40,557 bases of DNA from an uncultured Dehalococcoidales bacterium (GCA_964419705.1 CAYQPY010000001.1:1-40557), one strand, 5' to 3'; shown: positions 25,196 through 36,746, counted from the first letter of the stretch. A program made the numbers and translations. The notes: generated by a model not told the origin, from the letters alone.

Positions 25196-25966
25196 ATGTT
25201 TTTAGACAAGATTGTCGCCCAAAAACGAAAAGAGCTGGAGCAGAGGCAGAAGGCCATCCCTATGTTCGAGCTTGAGGCAACTATCGAGACAAAACCGGCG
25301 CCGCTGGACTTAGCCTCGGCGCTAAGCGGCCCGGGCATCAGCCTCATCGCCGAGGTCAAGCGCGCCTCCCCATCAAGAGGAGCCTTAAACCCCGGCCTGA
25401 ACGCCGTCGAGCTGGCTAAAACCTACACCCGTTGCGGCGCGGCGGCAATATCGGTGCTCACCGAGTCGAGCTACTTCATGGGCAGCGGACAGGACCTGGA
25501 AGCGGTGAAGCGGGAGCTTCCCCATGTCCCCGTACTGCGCAAGGACTTTATCCTCGACCCCTACCAGCTGGTCGAAGCCCGCGCCTGGGGCGCTGACGCC
25601 GTGCTTTTGATTGTAGCTATACTGGATAATGTCACGCTCCAGCATCTGGTCGCCGAGAGCCACCGGCTGGGCATGCAATGCCTGCTCGAGGTGCATAACG
25701 GGGATGAATTAAAGAGGGCGCTGAAATACGACGCCCGGCTCATCGGCATTAATAATCGTAATCTGGACACGCTGGAGGTTGACCTAAACATTACCAAAGA
25801 ACTCCGCCCCCTCATCCCCCCCGGGCGTCTCGCCGTCAGTGAAAGCGGCATCAAGGGTCGAGAGGATATCCGGAAATTAAGGGCGTGGGGAGTCGATGCG
25901 GTATTAATCGGCGCGGCGCTGGTTACCGCCGATGACATCCCCGCCAAGATAAAGGAGCTATTATGA
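25196..25966 (+). CDS. trpC: Indole-3-glycerol-phosphate synthase
   Basis: 256 aa. LIAEVKRASPS, RKDFILDPYQ, IGINNRNL, ESGI. Confidence 0.92.
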   Translation: MFLDKIVAQKRKELEQRQKAIPMFELEATIETKPAPLDLASALSGPGISLIAEVKRASPSRGALNPGLNAVELAKTYTRCGAAAISVLTESSYFMGSGQDLEAVKRELPHVPVLRKDFILDPYQLVEARAWGADAVLLIVAILDNVTLQHLVAESHRLGMQCLLEVHNGDELKRALKYDARLIGINNRNLDTLEVDLNITKELRPLIPPGRLAVSESGIKGREDIRKLRAWGVDAVLIGAALVTADDIPAKIKELL

Positions 25967-26601
25967 CCCAGGTCAAGATTTGCGGCATCACCGATGTCGC
26001 TTACGTCGAGGCAATAGCGGAGGCGGGCGCCGACCTTATCGGCGTCGTCTTCGCCACCAGCCCCCGCCAGATAACCCCCGAAAAGGCCAAGGAGATAGCG
26101 GAGGCGGCTAAAGAGCACGGGCTGCCCGTGGTCGGCGTCTTCGTCAACACGCCTCCGGCAGAGGTAAATAGTATAGCTTCAGCCTGCGGGCTGGACTGGG
26201 TGCAGCTCAGCGGCGACGAGGACACGGACTGCTGCCGTCATGTACGCCTTCCCCTGATAAAGGCAATACATATATCCCCCGACTGGGACGAGGCGCACCT
26301 TCTGTCGCATCTGGAGGACCCCCAGCGGGAGCTGCACTACCGCTCCCCCGTCTACCTGCTCGACACCCACGTCAAGGAGAAGTACGGCGGCACGGGCAAG
26401 GTCTTCTCCTGGGACATCGCCCGGCGGGCGGCGGAAAGATACCCGCTTATTATCGCCGGCGGGCTCGACCCCGAAAACGTGGGTCAGGTGGTCGCCGAGC
26501 TCAAGCCCTGGGGAGTCGATGTCTCCAGCGGCGTGGAGAGCGGAGGGGTCAAAGACACTAAAAAAATCAGGGCTTTTATAGAAGCGGCCAAGTCGGCTTA
26601 A
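25963..26601 (+). CDS. trpF: Phosphoribosylanthranilate isomerase
   Basis: 212 aa. VKICGIT, VQLSGDE, IAGGLDPENV, GVDVSSGVE. ATGA overlap with trpC. Confidence 0.9.
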   Translation: MTQVKICGITDVAYVEAIAEAGADLIGVVFATSPRQITPEKAKEIAEAAKEHGLPVVGVFVNTPPAEVNSIASACGLDWVQLSGDEDTDCCRHVRLPLIKAIHISPDWDEAHLLSHLEDPQRELHYRSPVYLLDTHVKEKYGGTGKVFSWDIARRAAERYPLIIAGGLDPENVGQVVAELKPWGVDVSSGVESGGVKDTKKIRAFIEAAKSA

Positions 26602-26628
26602 AGCCTTAACCAAAGGAGGATAATTAAT

Positions 26629-27624
26629 ATGTTAGTGGTAATGAAAAACGACGCTACCGAAAACCAGGTGAAAGCGGTCACTAAGGAGATAGAAAGGCTG
26701 GGCTACCGCGGCGTGCCCATGCCCGGCGCCCAGCGCACGGCAATCTGTATCGTGGGCAACACCGGCCCCGTCGACGATGCGGGGCTATTAGTCCTGGAAG
26801 GCGTCAAAGAGACGGTCAGGGTCACCAAGCAGTATAAGCTGGTCAGCCGCGAAACCCACCCCCAGCCCACCACCATCACCGTGGGCGACATCAAGATCGG
26901 CGAAGGCAAGCCGGTGCTTATAGCCGGCCCCTGCGCCGTGGAGAGCGAGGAGCAGGCGCTCACCATCGCCCGCCTGGTCAAGAAAGGTGGAGCCGAAGTC
27001 TTTCGTGGCGGCGCCTTCAAGCCCCGCACCTCCCCCTACAGCTTCCAGGGGCTGGGAGAAGAAGGCTTGAAGATTCTGGCTAAAGTCCGCGACGAAACGG
27101 GCTTATTGATTGTAACCGAAGCCATCGACAACGACAGCCTGGAGCTGGTGGACAAATACGCCGACATTATTCAAATCGGCGCCCGGAACATGCATAACTA
27201 CTCCCTACTGCGCCAGGCGGGCCATGCCTCCAAGCCCGTCCTGCTCAAGCGCAGCTTCGCCGCCACTATCGAAGAGTGGCTCATGGCGGCGGAATACATC
27301 AGCTCGGAGGGCAACAGCCGGGTCATCTTATGCGAGCGCGGCATACGCACCTTCTCCGACGACACCCGCAATACCCTGGACTTAAGCGCCATACCCTCGG
27401 TCAAGCAGGTCAGCCACCTCCCCATCATCGTTGACCCCAGCCACGCCGCGGGCAAGCGGGACTACGTCATCCCCCTCTCCAAGGGCGCTATCGCCGTCGG
27501 CGCCGACGGGCTAATGGTCGAGGTGCACCACGACCCACCCCACGCCCTCTCCGACGGGATGCAGTCCCTATACCCCGAGCAGTTCGACGAGCTGGTGAAA
27601 GAGCTAAAGGGGTTAACGCCATGA
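26629..27624 (+). CDS. aroF: 3-deoxy-7-phosphoheptulonate (DAHP) synthase, type I-beta with an N-terminal ferredoxin/ACT-like regulatory domain
   Basis: 331 aa. The first ~70 aa (MLVVMKNDATENQVKAVTKEIERLGY...) precede the catalytic barrel (IAGPCAVES, GGAFKPRTSPYSFQG, DPSHA). The architecture resembles the Thermotoga-type regulated enzyme. Confidence 0.88.
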   Translation: MLVVMKNDATENQVKAVTKEIERLGYRGVPMPGAQRTAICIVGNTGPVDDAGLLVLEGVKETVRVTKQYKLVSRETHPQPTTITVGDIKIGEGKPVLIAGPCAVESEEQALTIARLVKKGGAEVFRGGAFKPRTSPYSFQGLGEEGLKILAKVRDETGLLIVTEAIDNDSLELVDKYADIIQIGARNMHNYSLLRQAGHASKPVLLKRSFAATIEEWLMAAEYISSEGNSRVILCERGIRTFSDDTRNTLDLSAIPSVKQVSHLPIIVDPSHAAGKRDYVIPLSKGAIAVGADGLMVEVHHDPPHALSDGMQSLYPEQFDELVKELKGLTP

Positions 27625-28721
27625 AAAGCAGCCATGTCATCAAATTACAAACATCCCGGCAGTGCCCGCTCACCGTCGGCGACGGCTTAATCGAGCAACT
27701 GGAGCAGCACTTCGATTTCAGCGGCTACTCCGCCATGGCGCTCATCACCGATACCATCGTCCAGCGCCTCTACGGGCGCAATGTATGCCAGCGGCTCAGG
27801 GCGACGGGCAAGAAGGTGTCGCTTTTCACCCTGCCCACCGGGGAGAGAGCCAAGTCGCTGAGCACGGTAGAGCGCGGCTACGGGTTCCTGCTGGCCAACA
27901 ATGTTGACCGCAAGGGCTTGGTTTGCGCCCTCGGCGGCGGTGTCGTCGGCGACACGGCCGGCTTTATCGCCGCCAGCTACCTGCGCGGCATCGACTACAT
28001 CCAGCTGCCCACCACCCTCCTCGCCCAGGTGGACAGCAGCCTCGGCGGCAAGGTCGGGGTCAACTTCGAGGGCAAGAAGAACATGGTCGGCAGCTTCTAC
28101 CAGCCCCGGGCAGTTATCGCCGATGTCGCCCTGCTGCAATCTTTGCCCCCCGCCGAGATGCGCCACGGCCTGGCCGAGGTCATCAAGTACGCTATAGCCA
28201 TGGACGAGGGGCTATATCGTATCTTAGAGCGGAAGCCGGACGGGAATTTCAGCACCGCCGAGCTCAAGGATATAGTGATGCGCTGCTGCCGCCTCAAAGC
28301 GGGTATAGTCGAAACCGACGAGACGGAGCGGACGGGCGAGCGCGCCATACTGAACTTCGGCCACACCGTCGGCCACGCCCTGGAAGCGGCAGCCGGCTTT
28401 AAGGGAAAAAGCCACGGCGAGGCGGTGGCGGTGGGCATGGTCGCCGCCGCCCGAATGAGCCAGCAACTGGGCATCCTCAAGGCAGATGACGTTGAGCGCA
28501 TCAAAAAGCTGATAGCAAAGTTCGAGCTGCCCGTCGCCTGCCCCGGGGTAAGCCCCAACGCTTTAATCGACAACATCCGCTTCGACAAGAAAACTATGCT
28601 GGGCCGGACCCGCTGGGTTTTAGTCGAGGGCATTGGTCAGGGAATAACCGAGCAGCCCGTGGCGGAAGAGGTGGTCGGAAAAGTGCTCAAGGAGCTATGC
28701 GATGAAAATAATGGTCATTAA
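27621..28721 (+). CDS. aroB: 3-dehydroquinate synthase
   Basis: 366 aa. LGGGVVGDTAGF, QVDSSLGGK, LNFGHTVGHALE. ATGA overlap with aroF. Confidence 0.92.
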   Translation: MKSSHVIKLQTSRQCPLTVGDGLIEQLEQHFDFSGYSAMALITDTIVQRLYGRNVCQRLRATGKKVSLFTLPTGERAKSLSTVERGYGFLLANNVDRKGLVCALGGGVVGDTAGFIAASYLRGIDYIQLPTTLLAQVDSSLGGKVGVNFEGKKNMVGSFYQPRAVIADVALLQSLPPAEMRHGLAEVIKYAIAMDEGLYRILERKPDGNFSTAELKDIVMRCCRLKAGIVETDETERTGERAILNFGHTVGHALEAAAGFKGKSHGEAVAVGMVAAARMSQQLGILKADDVERIKKLIAKFELPVACPGVSPNALIDNIRFDKKTMLGRTRWVLVEGIGQGITEQPVAEEVVGKVLKELCDENNGH

Positions 28722-29148
28722 CGGCCCCAACCTCAATATGCTGGGCAGGCGAGACGCCGAGCACTACGGCAGCGACACCCTGCCCGCCATAGGTCGGGCG
28801 CTTACCCAGAAGAGCCAAACGCTGGGCTGCGAGCTTATCTTCTTCCAGTCCAACCACGAAGGCGCCATCATCGACTTCATTCAGAACAACGCCGACGGCG
28901 CCGACGGCATCCTCATCAACCCCGCCGCCCTCACCCACTACGGCTACTCCCTCCACGACGCCCTCCTTGACTCCGGCTTGCCTGTAGTCGAGGTGCACCT
29001 GTCGGATATTAAAGCCCGTGAGGAATGGCGTCAGGTTTCGGTAATAGCCGATGTAGCCATAAAGCAGGTTAGCGGGCTGAAAAAACAGAGCTATATCCTG
29101 GGGCTGGAAGCCCTGGTCGAGCATATCAAGGGCGGGGGGGAAAAGTGA
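28702..29148 (+). CDS. aroQ: 3-dehydroquinate dehydratase, type II
   Basis: 148 aa. VINGPNLNMLGRR, QSNHEG, INPAALTHYS-like, EVHLSDI. 20 nt overlap with aroB. Confidence 0.92.
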   Translation: MKIMVINGPNLNMLGRRDAEHYGSDTLPAIGRALTQKSQTLGCELIFFQSNHEGAIIDFIQNNADGADGILINPAALTHYGYSLHDALLDSGLPVVEVHLSDIKAREEWRQVSVIADVAIKQVSGLKKQSYILGLEALVEHIKGGGEK

Positions 29149-30425
29149 GAATCAAAATAAAGCCGTCATCGGTGACGGGCAAGCTATCGGCCCCGCCCTC
29201 CAAGAGCTACACCCATCGGGCGCTGATTCTGGCTTCGCTGGCAGCGGGGGAAAGCGTCATCGAAAACCCCCTGCTGTCGGATGACACCCGTTATACTATC
29301 GACGCCTGCCGCGCCCTGGGCGCTGAAATCGCCGTCGAGAGCGATAGCCTCGTGATTAAAGGCACGGACGGCGAAATCAGCCTCACCGAAGAAAAGATTT
29401 TCGCCGGTAATTCGGGTAGCACTATCCGGATGATAGCCCCCCTCGCCGCCTTATCCCCAACCAAAGTTATCCTGGACGGCGACAGCCGCCTGCGCCAGCG
29501 CCCCATGGGCGATTTGCTTTCGGCATTACAAAGCCTGGGAGTCCACGCCCGTTCCCTGAATAACAACAGCTGCCCCCCCATCGAGATTCAGGGGGGAGAG
29601 TTCAGGGCGAACCAGGTCACCCTCTCCGGGGAAACAAGCTCCCAGCCCGTCAGCGCCCTGCTCATGACCGCCCCCGTCACTAAAGGGGGCTTAAGCATTA
29701 AAATCGCGGGCGGGCTTCGCTCCAAACCCTATATTGACATCACCCTCGACGCTATGCGCGCCTTCGACGTAGCGGTGGTCAACCGCGGCTATAAGGAGTT
29801 TGTCATCGAAGGCAGGCAAGGGTATAAAGCCAGACGTTATCGCATCGAAGGCGACTACTCCTCCGCCGCCTACCTCCTGGCAGCGGGGGCTATCGGCGGC
29901 AAGCCTGTAACCATAACCAACCTGAGAAACGTCTCCGTACAGGGCGACAAAAAACTCTTGAACATCCTCGAACGGATGGGCGCCTCGGTTGACTATCTTG
30001 AGGACTCCGTGAAGGTCTATCGCAGTGGTACACTAAAAGGTATCAGTATAGACCTGGGCGACTACCCCGACCTTGTCCCCACCCTGGCCGTGGTCGCCGC
30101 CTGTGCCAGCGGAGAAACTAAGATAACCAATATCGCCCACCTGCGCTTTAAGGAAAGCGACCGTCTCAACGACACGGCGGCGGAACTCGATAAAATGAAC
30201 ATCAAAACCGAGGTCGGCGGTGATACAATGGTAATATACGGCGGCAAACCCAAAGGCGCCGAAATAGACGCCCACAACGACCACCGTCTGGCCATGAGTT
30301 TAAGCATAGCCGCCCTCTTCGCCGACGGCGGCTCTATCATCAACGGCGCCGAAGCCGTGACCAAGTCCTACCCCCAATTTTTCGCCGACCTGATAAAATT
30401 AGGGGCCAAGGTCGAGGAGTTGTGA
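29145..30425 (+). CDS. aroA: 3-phosphoshikimate 1-carboxyvinyltransferase (EPSP synthase)
   Basis: 426 aa. PPSKSYTHRAL, AGNSGSTIR, LRQRPM, KESDR, DHRLAMS. Confidence 0.93.
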   Translation: MRIKIKPSSVTGKLSAPPSKSYTHRALILASLAAGESVIENPLLSDDTRYTIDACRALGAEIAVESDSLVIKGTDGEISLTEEKIFAGNSGSTIRMIAPLAALSPTKVILDGDSRLRQRPMGDLLSALQSLGVHARSLNNNSCPPIEIQGGEFRANQVTLSGETSSQPVSALLMTAPVTKGGLSIKIAGGLRSKPYIDITLDAMRAFDVAVVNRGYKEFVIEGRQGYKARRYRIEGDYSSAAYLLAAGAIGGKPVTITNLRNVSVQGDKKLLNILERMGASVDYLEDSVKVYRSGTLKGISIDLGDYPDLVPTLAVVAACASGETKITNIAHLRFKESDRLNDTAAELDKMNIKTEVGGDTMVIYGGKPKGAEIDAHNDHRLAMSLSIAALFADGGSIINGAEAVTKSYPQFFADLIKLGAKVEEL

Positions 30426-31720
30426 TGAATATCGTCCTTATCGGCATGAGGGGTTCGGGCAAAACGGCGGTGGGCCGAATCCTGGCCCGGAAGCTGGGGC
30501 GGGAGCTTATCGAGATAGACGAGCTTATTGTTCAAAAAGCGGGGCTTTCCATCCCTGAGATTGTGGAAAAGCACGGCTGGGACAGGTTCCGCGACCTCGA
30601 AGAAGAGATAACCGCCGGGGTGGCTGAGCGCGATAATATCGTTAACGCCACGGGCGGCGGCGTGGTCGTTAGAGAGCAGAATATCGTGAAGCTCAAACAA
30701 AACGGACTGCTGGTCTGGCTCACCGCCAGTGTCGACACCCTACTCCAGCGTATTGGTCAGGACGAAGGTCGCCCCTTGCTCAAAGGCAAAACCCGGCGCG
30801 AAGACCTGGAAATAACCTTAGCCGAACGAACACCCCTCTACCGAAAGGCCGCCGACATCACCATTGACACCGAAAACAAAACGCCCGAAGCGGTAGCCGA
30901 GCTAATCGCCAACATCAAAATCTGCTGCCTTATCGGCGACCCTGTCGAGCACTCGCTATCCCCCCTCATCCACAACGCCGCCTACAGAGCGCTGGGCAGC
31001 AACTATGCCTATATTACCCTCCCCACCAGCGACATCTGGCAGGCGATAGCCGACATAAGGGCGCGCGGCATCCGTGGCGCCAGCGTCACCACCCCCCACA
31101 AGGTCAACGCCCTGAAATACCTCGACCTTATTGACTCCACCGTCCAGGCCATCGGCGCAGTCAACACCATCGTCAACGATGACGGCATATTGACCGGCTA
31201 TAACACCGACGGCGCGGGCGCGCTCCAAGCCCTGAAGGAAGTCACCGGCCTCGACGGCAAGAGGGTCGTCCTCGTCGGCAGCGGCGGTGCCGCCCTGGCT
31301 ATCGCCGCCGCGCTCAAGGAGAGCGGGGCTAAACTTGTTATCCTGAACCGCACCGAGGCCAAGGCCCGCCAGCTGGCGGATAAGCTCGGTGCCGAGGACG
31401 CTGGCGGCTTGGACAAGCTCTCGCTGGTCACTGAGGCCGATATACTAATAAACGCCACCACGGTGGGCATGGCGCCCGAAACAAAGGAAACCATCGTTCC
31501 CCGGGAGTTTTTGCATCCCCGCCTCACCGTCTTCGATATCGTTTATAACCCCAGAGAAACCAGACTGCTCCGGGAAGCACAGGCGCAGGGATGCGCCATC
31601 GTCCACGGCTACAAGATGCTGCTCTACCAGGCGGCGTCACAATTCGAGCTCTTTACCGGCCACCCCGCCCCGATAGTTGACATGGAGTCGGTGCTGGTTA
31701 AGGCTCTGGGAGGAGGATAG
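30422..31720 (+). CDS. Bifunctional shikimate kinase (N-terminal) / shikimate 5-dehydrogenase (C-terminal) fusion
   Basis: 432 aa single ORF. aa 1-~165 carry P-loop GMRGSGKT and the GGGVV lid. From ~aa 168, LIGDPVEHSLSPLIHNAAY, VTTPHK and the Rossmann VGSGGAALA are AroE-type. No stop or plausible internal start at the junction (ELIANIKICCLIGDPV). Confidence 0.85.
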   Translation: MMNIVLIGMRGSGKTAVGRILARKLGRELIEIDELIVQKAGLSIPEIVEKHGWDRFRDLEEEITAGVAERDNIVNATGGGVVVREQNIVKLKQNGLLVWLTASVDTLLQRIGQDEGRPLLKGKTRREDLEITLAERTPLYRKAADITIDTENKTPEAVAELIANIKICCLIGDPVEHSLSPLIHNAAYRALGSNYAYITLPTSDIWQAIADIRARGIRGASVTTPHKVNALKYLDLIDSTVQAIGAVNTIVNDDGILTGYNTDGAGALQALKEVTGLDGKRVVLVGSGGAALAIAAALKESGAKLVILNRTEAKARQLADKLGAEDAGGLDKLSLVTEADILINATTVGMAPETKETIVPREFLHPRLTVFDIVYNPRETRLLREAQAQGCAIVHGYKMLLYQAASQFELFTGHPAPIVDMESVLVKALGGG

Positions 31721-31722
31721 TC

Positions 31723-32873
31723 ATGCTACGCATTCTAACCGCAGGAGAATCTCACGGCCCCGCCTGTCTGGCTATCATTGAGGGCATGCCCGCCGGCGTC
31801 AGGCTCGGCGTCGAGGACATTAATAGCGACCTCAAACGCCGCCACTCTGATTTTGGACGTGGAGGGCGAAAGCACATCGAAAAAGATAAAGCCGAAATCC
31901 TCTCCGGCACCAGGTACGGTAAAACGCTGGGCAGCCCCATCGCTTTGATGGTCAGGAACGCCGACTTCGCCAACTGGCGGGAGGCGATGAGCCCTGAGGA
32001 GACGAAAAGCCCATCGCCCCCCATAACCACCCCCCGCCCCGGCCACGCCGACCTGGCGGGAGCCCTGAAATACGGGCAGGACGATATCAGGAACATCTCG
32101 GAGAGGGCCAGCGCCCGCGAAACGATAAGCAGGGTAATGGCGGGGGCGGCGGTCAAACGAATGCTGGCCGAGTTCGCCATAAGCATTGCCAGCCACACCG
32201 TACGCATCGGCAAGGTGACACTGGACAAAAGCGACTATTCCTTCGACGAGGTGGCTGGTGTATTCGATAGCGACCCCGATATAAGGTGCATTGATTCAGA
32301 GACATCGCAAAAGATGAAGGAGGCAATAAAAGAGGCTGGCGCCAGAAAAGACACGCTGGGCGGTGTCGTCGAGGTCATCGCCGCCGGCGTCCCCGTCGGC
32401 CTGGGCAGCGTTATGCACTACGACCGCCGCCTCGACGGCAAAATCGCTAAAGTCTTATCGAGCATCCCCTCGGCCAAGGCGGTTGAAATCGGCAACGCTA
32501 TTGCCGGCGCGGCTATGCTCGGCTCCGCCTTTCACGACCCCATCAGCTATAAGGATAACCGCTTCACCCGCAAGACAAATAATAGCGGCGGCATCGAGGG
32601 CGGCATGACTAACGGCGAAAACATCGTCTGCCGCGTCTATCACAAGCCCATCGCCACCCTCGGCGAGCCGTTGGAAACGGTGGATATGGCGACCCTTAAG
32701 TCGGCGAAAGCCAGCGTGGAGCGCTCGGATATATGCGCCGTCCCCAGGGCGGGCGTCATCGCCGAAGCCATGCTGGCTCTGGTCTTGGGCGAAGCCATAA
32801 TAGAAAAGTTCGGCGGCGACCATATCAAAGAAATGAAGCGCAACTTCAGCGCCTACATCAAGGAGAAAGGCCT

Positions 32874-32877
<4 letters not shown>
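31723..32877 (+). CDS. aroC: Chorismate synthase
   Basis: 384 aa. [34 protein letters not shown]. Confidence 0.93.
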
Positions 32878-34051
<1,174 letters not shown>

Positions 34052-34055
<4 letters not shown>

Positions 34056-34822
34056 GTCGTATTGCTTCCGTCTTCGGCAAATCGGGGTACAAAGCCCTCA
34101 TTCCCTACGTCACCGTGGGCTATCCCACTATTGAAGCCACCATGAAAGTAGTCCCGCTGCTGGCCCAGAACGGCGCCGATATCGTCGAATTGGGCATACC
34201 CTTCTCCGACCCCCTGGCCGACGGCGTCACCATACAAAGGTCCAGCTTCCAGGCCCTTAAACAAGGCATTAGCCCCCGGAGCTGTCTCGATATCGCCAGG
34301 CAACTGAGAGCCAAGGTGGATATACCCCTCGTCTTTATGACCTACTACAACCCCGTCTTTCACTATGGATTAGAGGAATTTTGCACCGCCTGCGTCGGCG
34401 CCGGCGTCGACGGCTTAATCATCCCCGACCTCCCCCCCCAGGAAGGCGCTGACCTGGAAACAGTCACCCAAAAACAAGACCTCGACCTCATCTATCTCCT
34501 GGCCCCCACCAGCACCGAGGAGCGCATTCAACTGGTGGCAAAGAGGTCGCGCGGCTTCATTTATCTGGTCTCGGTGACCGGGGTTACCGGCGCCCGCGAT
34601 AGACTGCCCGCCGATTTGGAGGTCTTCGCCACCAGAGTCAGGGAGTCGGTCACCCAACCCCTCTGCGTCGGCTTCGGCATATCGACACCGGCGCAGGCAA
34701 AGCGCGTCGCCCGCCTGGCCGACGGGGTCATCGTGGGCAGCCGCATCATTCAGCTCATGGAGGCGGGGGACATGCCCCAGGTGGTAGAGTTTATCAAGGG
34801 ACTGCGGGAAGCGCTGGGATAG
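34052..34822 (+). CDS. trpA: Tryptophan synthase alpha chain
   Basis: 256 aa. [39 protein letters not shown] overlap with trpB. Confidence 0.92.
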
Positions 34823-34865
34823 ATAAGGACGTCGGTGATTAACTAGACCGACACCCCTGTTTTTC

Positions 34866-35250
34866 ATCCCGACCACCCCACCTTGTTTAGCGTAGGTCTT
34901 TGCTTCCCACCCAAAACCCACCCTATAAGGGTGGTACCCCTTTTATATCCCCCTTTCGGGTTATGCCCCACCCCCCAAGTTGTTTTTTCCACACCAGCCC
35001 ACCCACAAAGGTCTTTCAAAGGGGGACTTCGTCCCCCTTAAAAACCCCCTGAAATATAGGCAGGCAAATGTCCCCTAGGGGTTTGAAAGGGGGCAAAGCC
35101 CCCTTTCTACCATAAAGGGCGGCGGGCGGGAATGACTGGGTGGGGCAACATGCCCCCAAATAAGGAGTTAATAGAGGTCTAACCTCTATTGGGTGGGCAG
35201 GGTGGGTTAGAAAAACGTGCGCTTACAGAGTGGGGTGGGGAGCTTTAGAG
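34866..35250. repeat. Mosaic GC-hairpin repeat cluster, copy 4 (modules A+, B-, C-, D+)
   Basis: Module A 34916-34953. Module B inverted 34966-35049. GAAAGGGGGC-aaa-GCCCCCTTTC plus gggcggcgggcgggaat (module C inverted) 35085-35134. Module D 35171-35206 (AATAGAGGT-cta-ACCTCTATT + gggtgggcagggtggg). Lies between the convergent trpA and kinase genes. Confidence 0.85.
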
Positions 35251-35260
35251 GAGTCTAACT

Positions 35261-36733
35261 CTAAGAGCCCGGCACTTCCACTATCAGGGTCGTGCCCTTG
35301 CCCGGCGTCGACTGCACTTCGAGGGTGCCGCCCAGCAGTCTGGCTCTCTCCTGCATCCCCACCAGCCCCAGCTTGCCGCTGCGAGGCAGGTCGTCCACCC
35401 TCCCCACCAGCTTGAAGCCCCGCCCGTTGTCGCTGATGGTCACCCTCACCCTGTCCTTGGTGAAGTCGATGGCCACGCTGGCTTCCGAGGCCTGCGCGTG
35501 CCGCCGTATATTGTTCAGCGCCTCCTGGACGATGCGGAAGAGCGAAGACTCGAACTCGGGCGCAAAACGCTTCTCGTCGCCGACCACCTCCAGCTTGCTG
35601 CCGATGCCGTCGTACTCCTGCATGTCTTTCACCAGCGAACGCAGCGCCGGAATCAGGCCAAGGTCGTCGAGCAGCGAGGGGCGTAAATCCTGCACGAAGC
35701 GGTGCACCCCCTGCACCCCCCGGTTGAGCTGAGACTGCAGGTCTTTCAGGAACAGAACCTCGTTAGGGGCCAGCCCCGACTTCTTGCGCACGAAGTTGTC
35801 CAGCTGCCTAGATAAAGAGCCGAGCATCTGCGCCGTGTCGTCGTGAAGCTCGCGGGCGATGCGCTTGCGCTCCTCTTCCTGCGCCTGGGTTATCTCCTGC
35901 AGGTAGTAGCGCAGGTTCTCCTGCATCCGCTTTTCCTGGGTGACGTCGCGGGCGATATTGTGAAAGCCCTTGGGCTCGCCGTCGCCGCTAATCAGGTTGG
36001 TCGAGACCATGCATATCGCCTTCGAGCCGTCCTTCTTTACCATCCTCAGCTCGTAGGGCAGCTCCACGTAGAGGTGCTGCGTCAGCCTCCGCCCCACCTC
36101 CCGCGCCAGAGTCAGGCTCTCCTCGCCCATAAAAGACTTTACGTTCATCCTGAGCAGCTCCTCCACCGGGTAGCCGCTAAGCTCGGCGGCGGCACTGTTG
36201 GCCGTCTGGATGTTGCCCTCGAAGTCGTGCGACCAGATGGCGTCGTAAGCCCCCTCGAACAAAGCACGGAAGCTCTTCTCCGACTCGTGCAGCGCTTCCT
36301 CGGCGTGCTTGCGCTCGGTGATATCCTCCAGTGTCTCGATGGCGCCGATGATTTTCCCGTCGTTGTCTCTGATGGGGCTGGCGGTAAAGTGGAGCCATTT
36401 CCCCTGCTCGCCCATGTCGGGGAAAAAGTCCTCGGCTTCATAAGCGCCCTCGATGAGGCTCGACTTGCCGTGTTGCCCGGAGTAGTAGGTGGCAATCTCG
36501 GTCAAAGGCGCGCCGTCGACGATTAAGTCGGCCATAGACGGCCGCTTTTCGGTGTAGAAAGGACGCCACTGCTGGTCGGTGCCAATAACCTTGTCCCGCT
36601 TTATGCCCGAAAGCGCTTCCAGGGCGGTGTTCCAGCAGATGACGCGGTGCTGTTTATTGATAACGAAAGAGGGTATGGAAGAGCCGTCGATAATCTTGGC
36701 CAGCATCTCCGAACCCGGTAAACTTTGCGGCAT
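35261..36733 (-). CDS. Soluble dual-PAS sensor histidine kinase (HisKA_3 type), paralogue of 2403-3890
   Basis: 490 aa with no hydrophobic N-terminus. PAS1 (MLAKIIDGSSIPSFVINK...IETLEDITERK) is collinear with the PAS of the other kinase. A second PAS-like segment follows, then H-box ARELHDDTAQ, DNGRGF and GLVGMQERA. Confidence 0.85.
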   Translation of the reverse strand: MPQSLPGSEMLAKIIDGSSIPSFVINKQHRVICWNTALEALSGIKRDKVIGTDQQWRPFYTEKRPSMADLIVDGAPLTEIATYYSGQHGKSSLIEGAYEAEDFFPDMGEQGKWLHFTASPIRDNDGKIIGAIETLEDITERKHAEEALHESEKSFRALFEGAYDAIWSHDFEGNIQTANSAAAELSGYPVEELLRMNVKSFMGEESLTLAREVGRRLTQHLYVELPYELRMVKKDGSKAICMVSTNLISGDGEPKGFHNIARDVTQEKRMQENLRYYLQEITQAQEEERKRIARELHDDTAQMLGSLSRQLDNFVRKKSGLAPNEVLFLKDLQSQLNRGVQGVHRFVQDLRPSLLDDLGLIPALRSLVKDMQEYDGIGSKLEVVGDEKRFAPEFESSLFRIVQEALNNIRRHAQASEASVAIDFTKDRVRVTISDNGRGFKLVGRVDDLPRSGKLGLVGMQERARLLGGTLEVQSTPGKGTTLIVEVPGS

Positions 36734-36746
36734 AGCTCCCCCCGAA

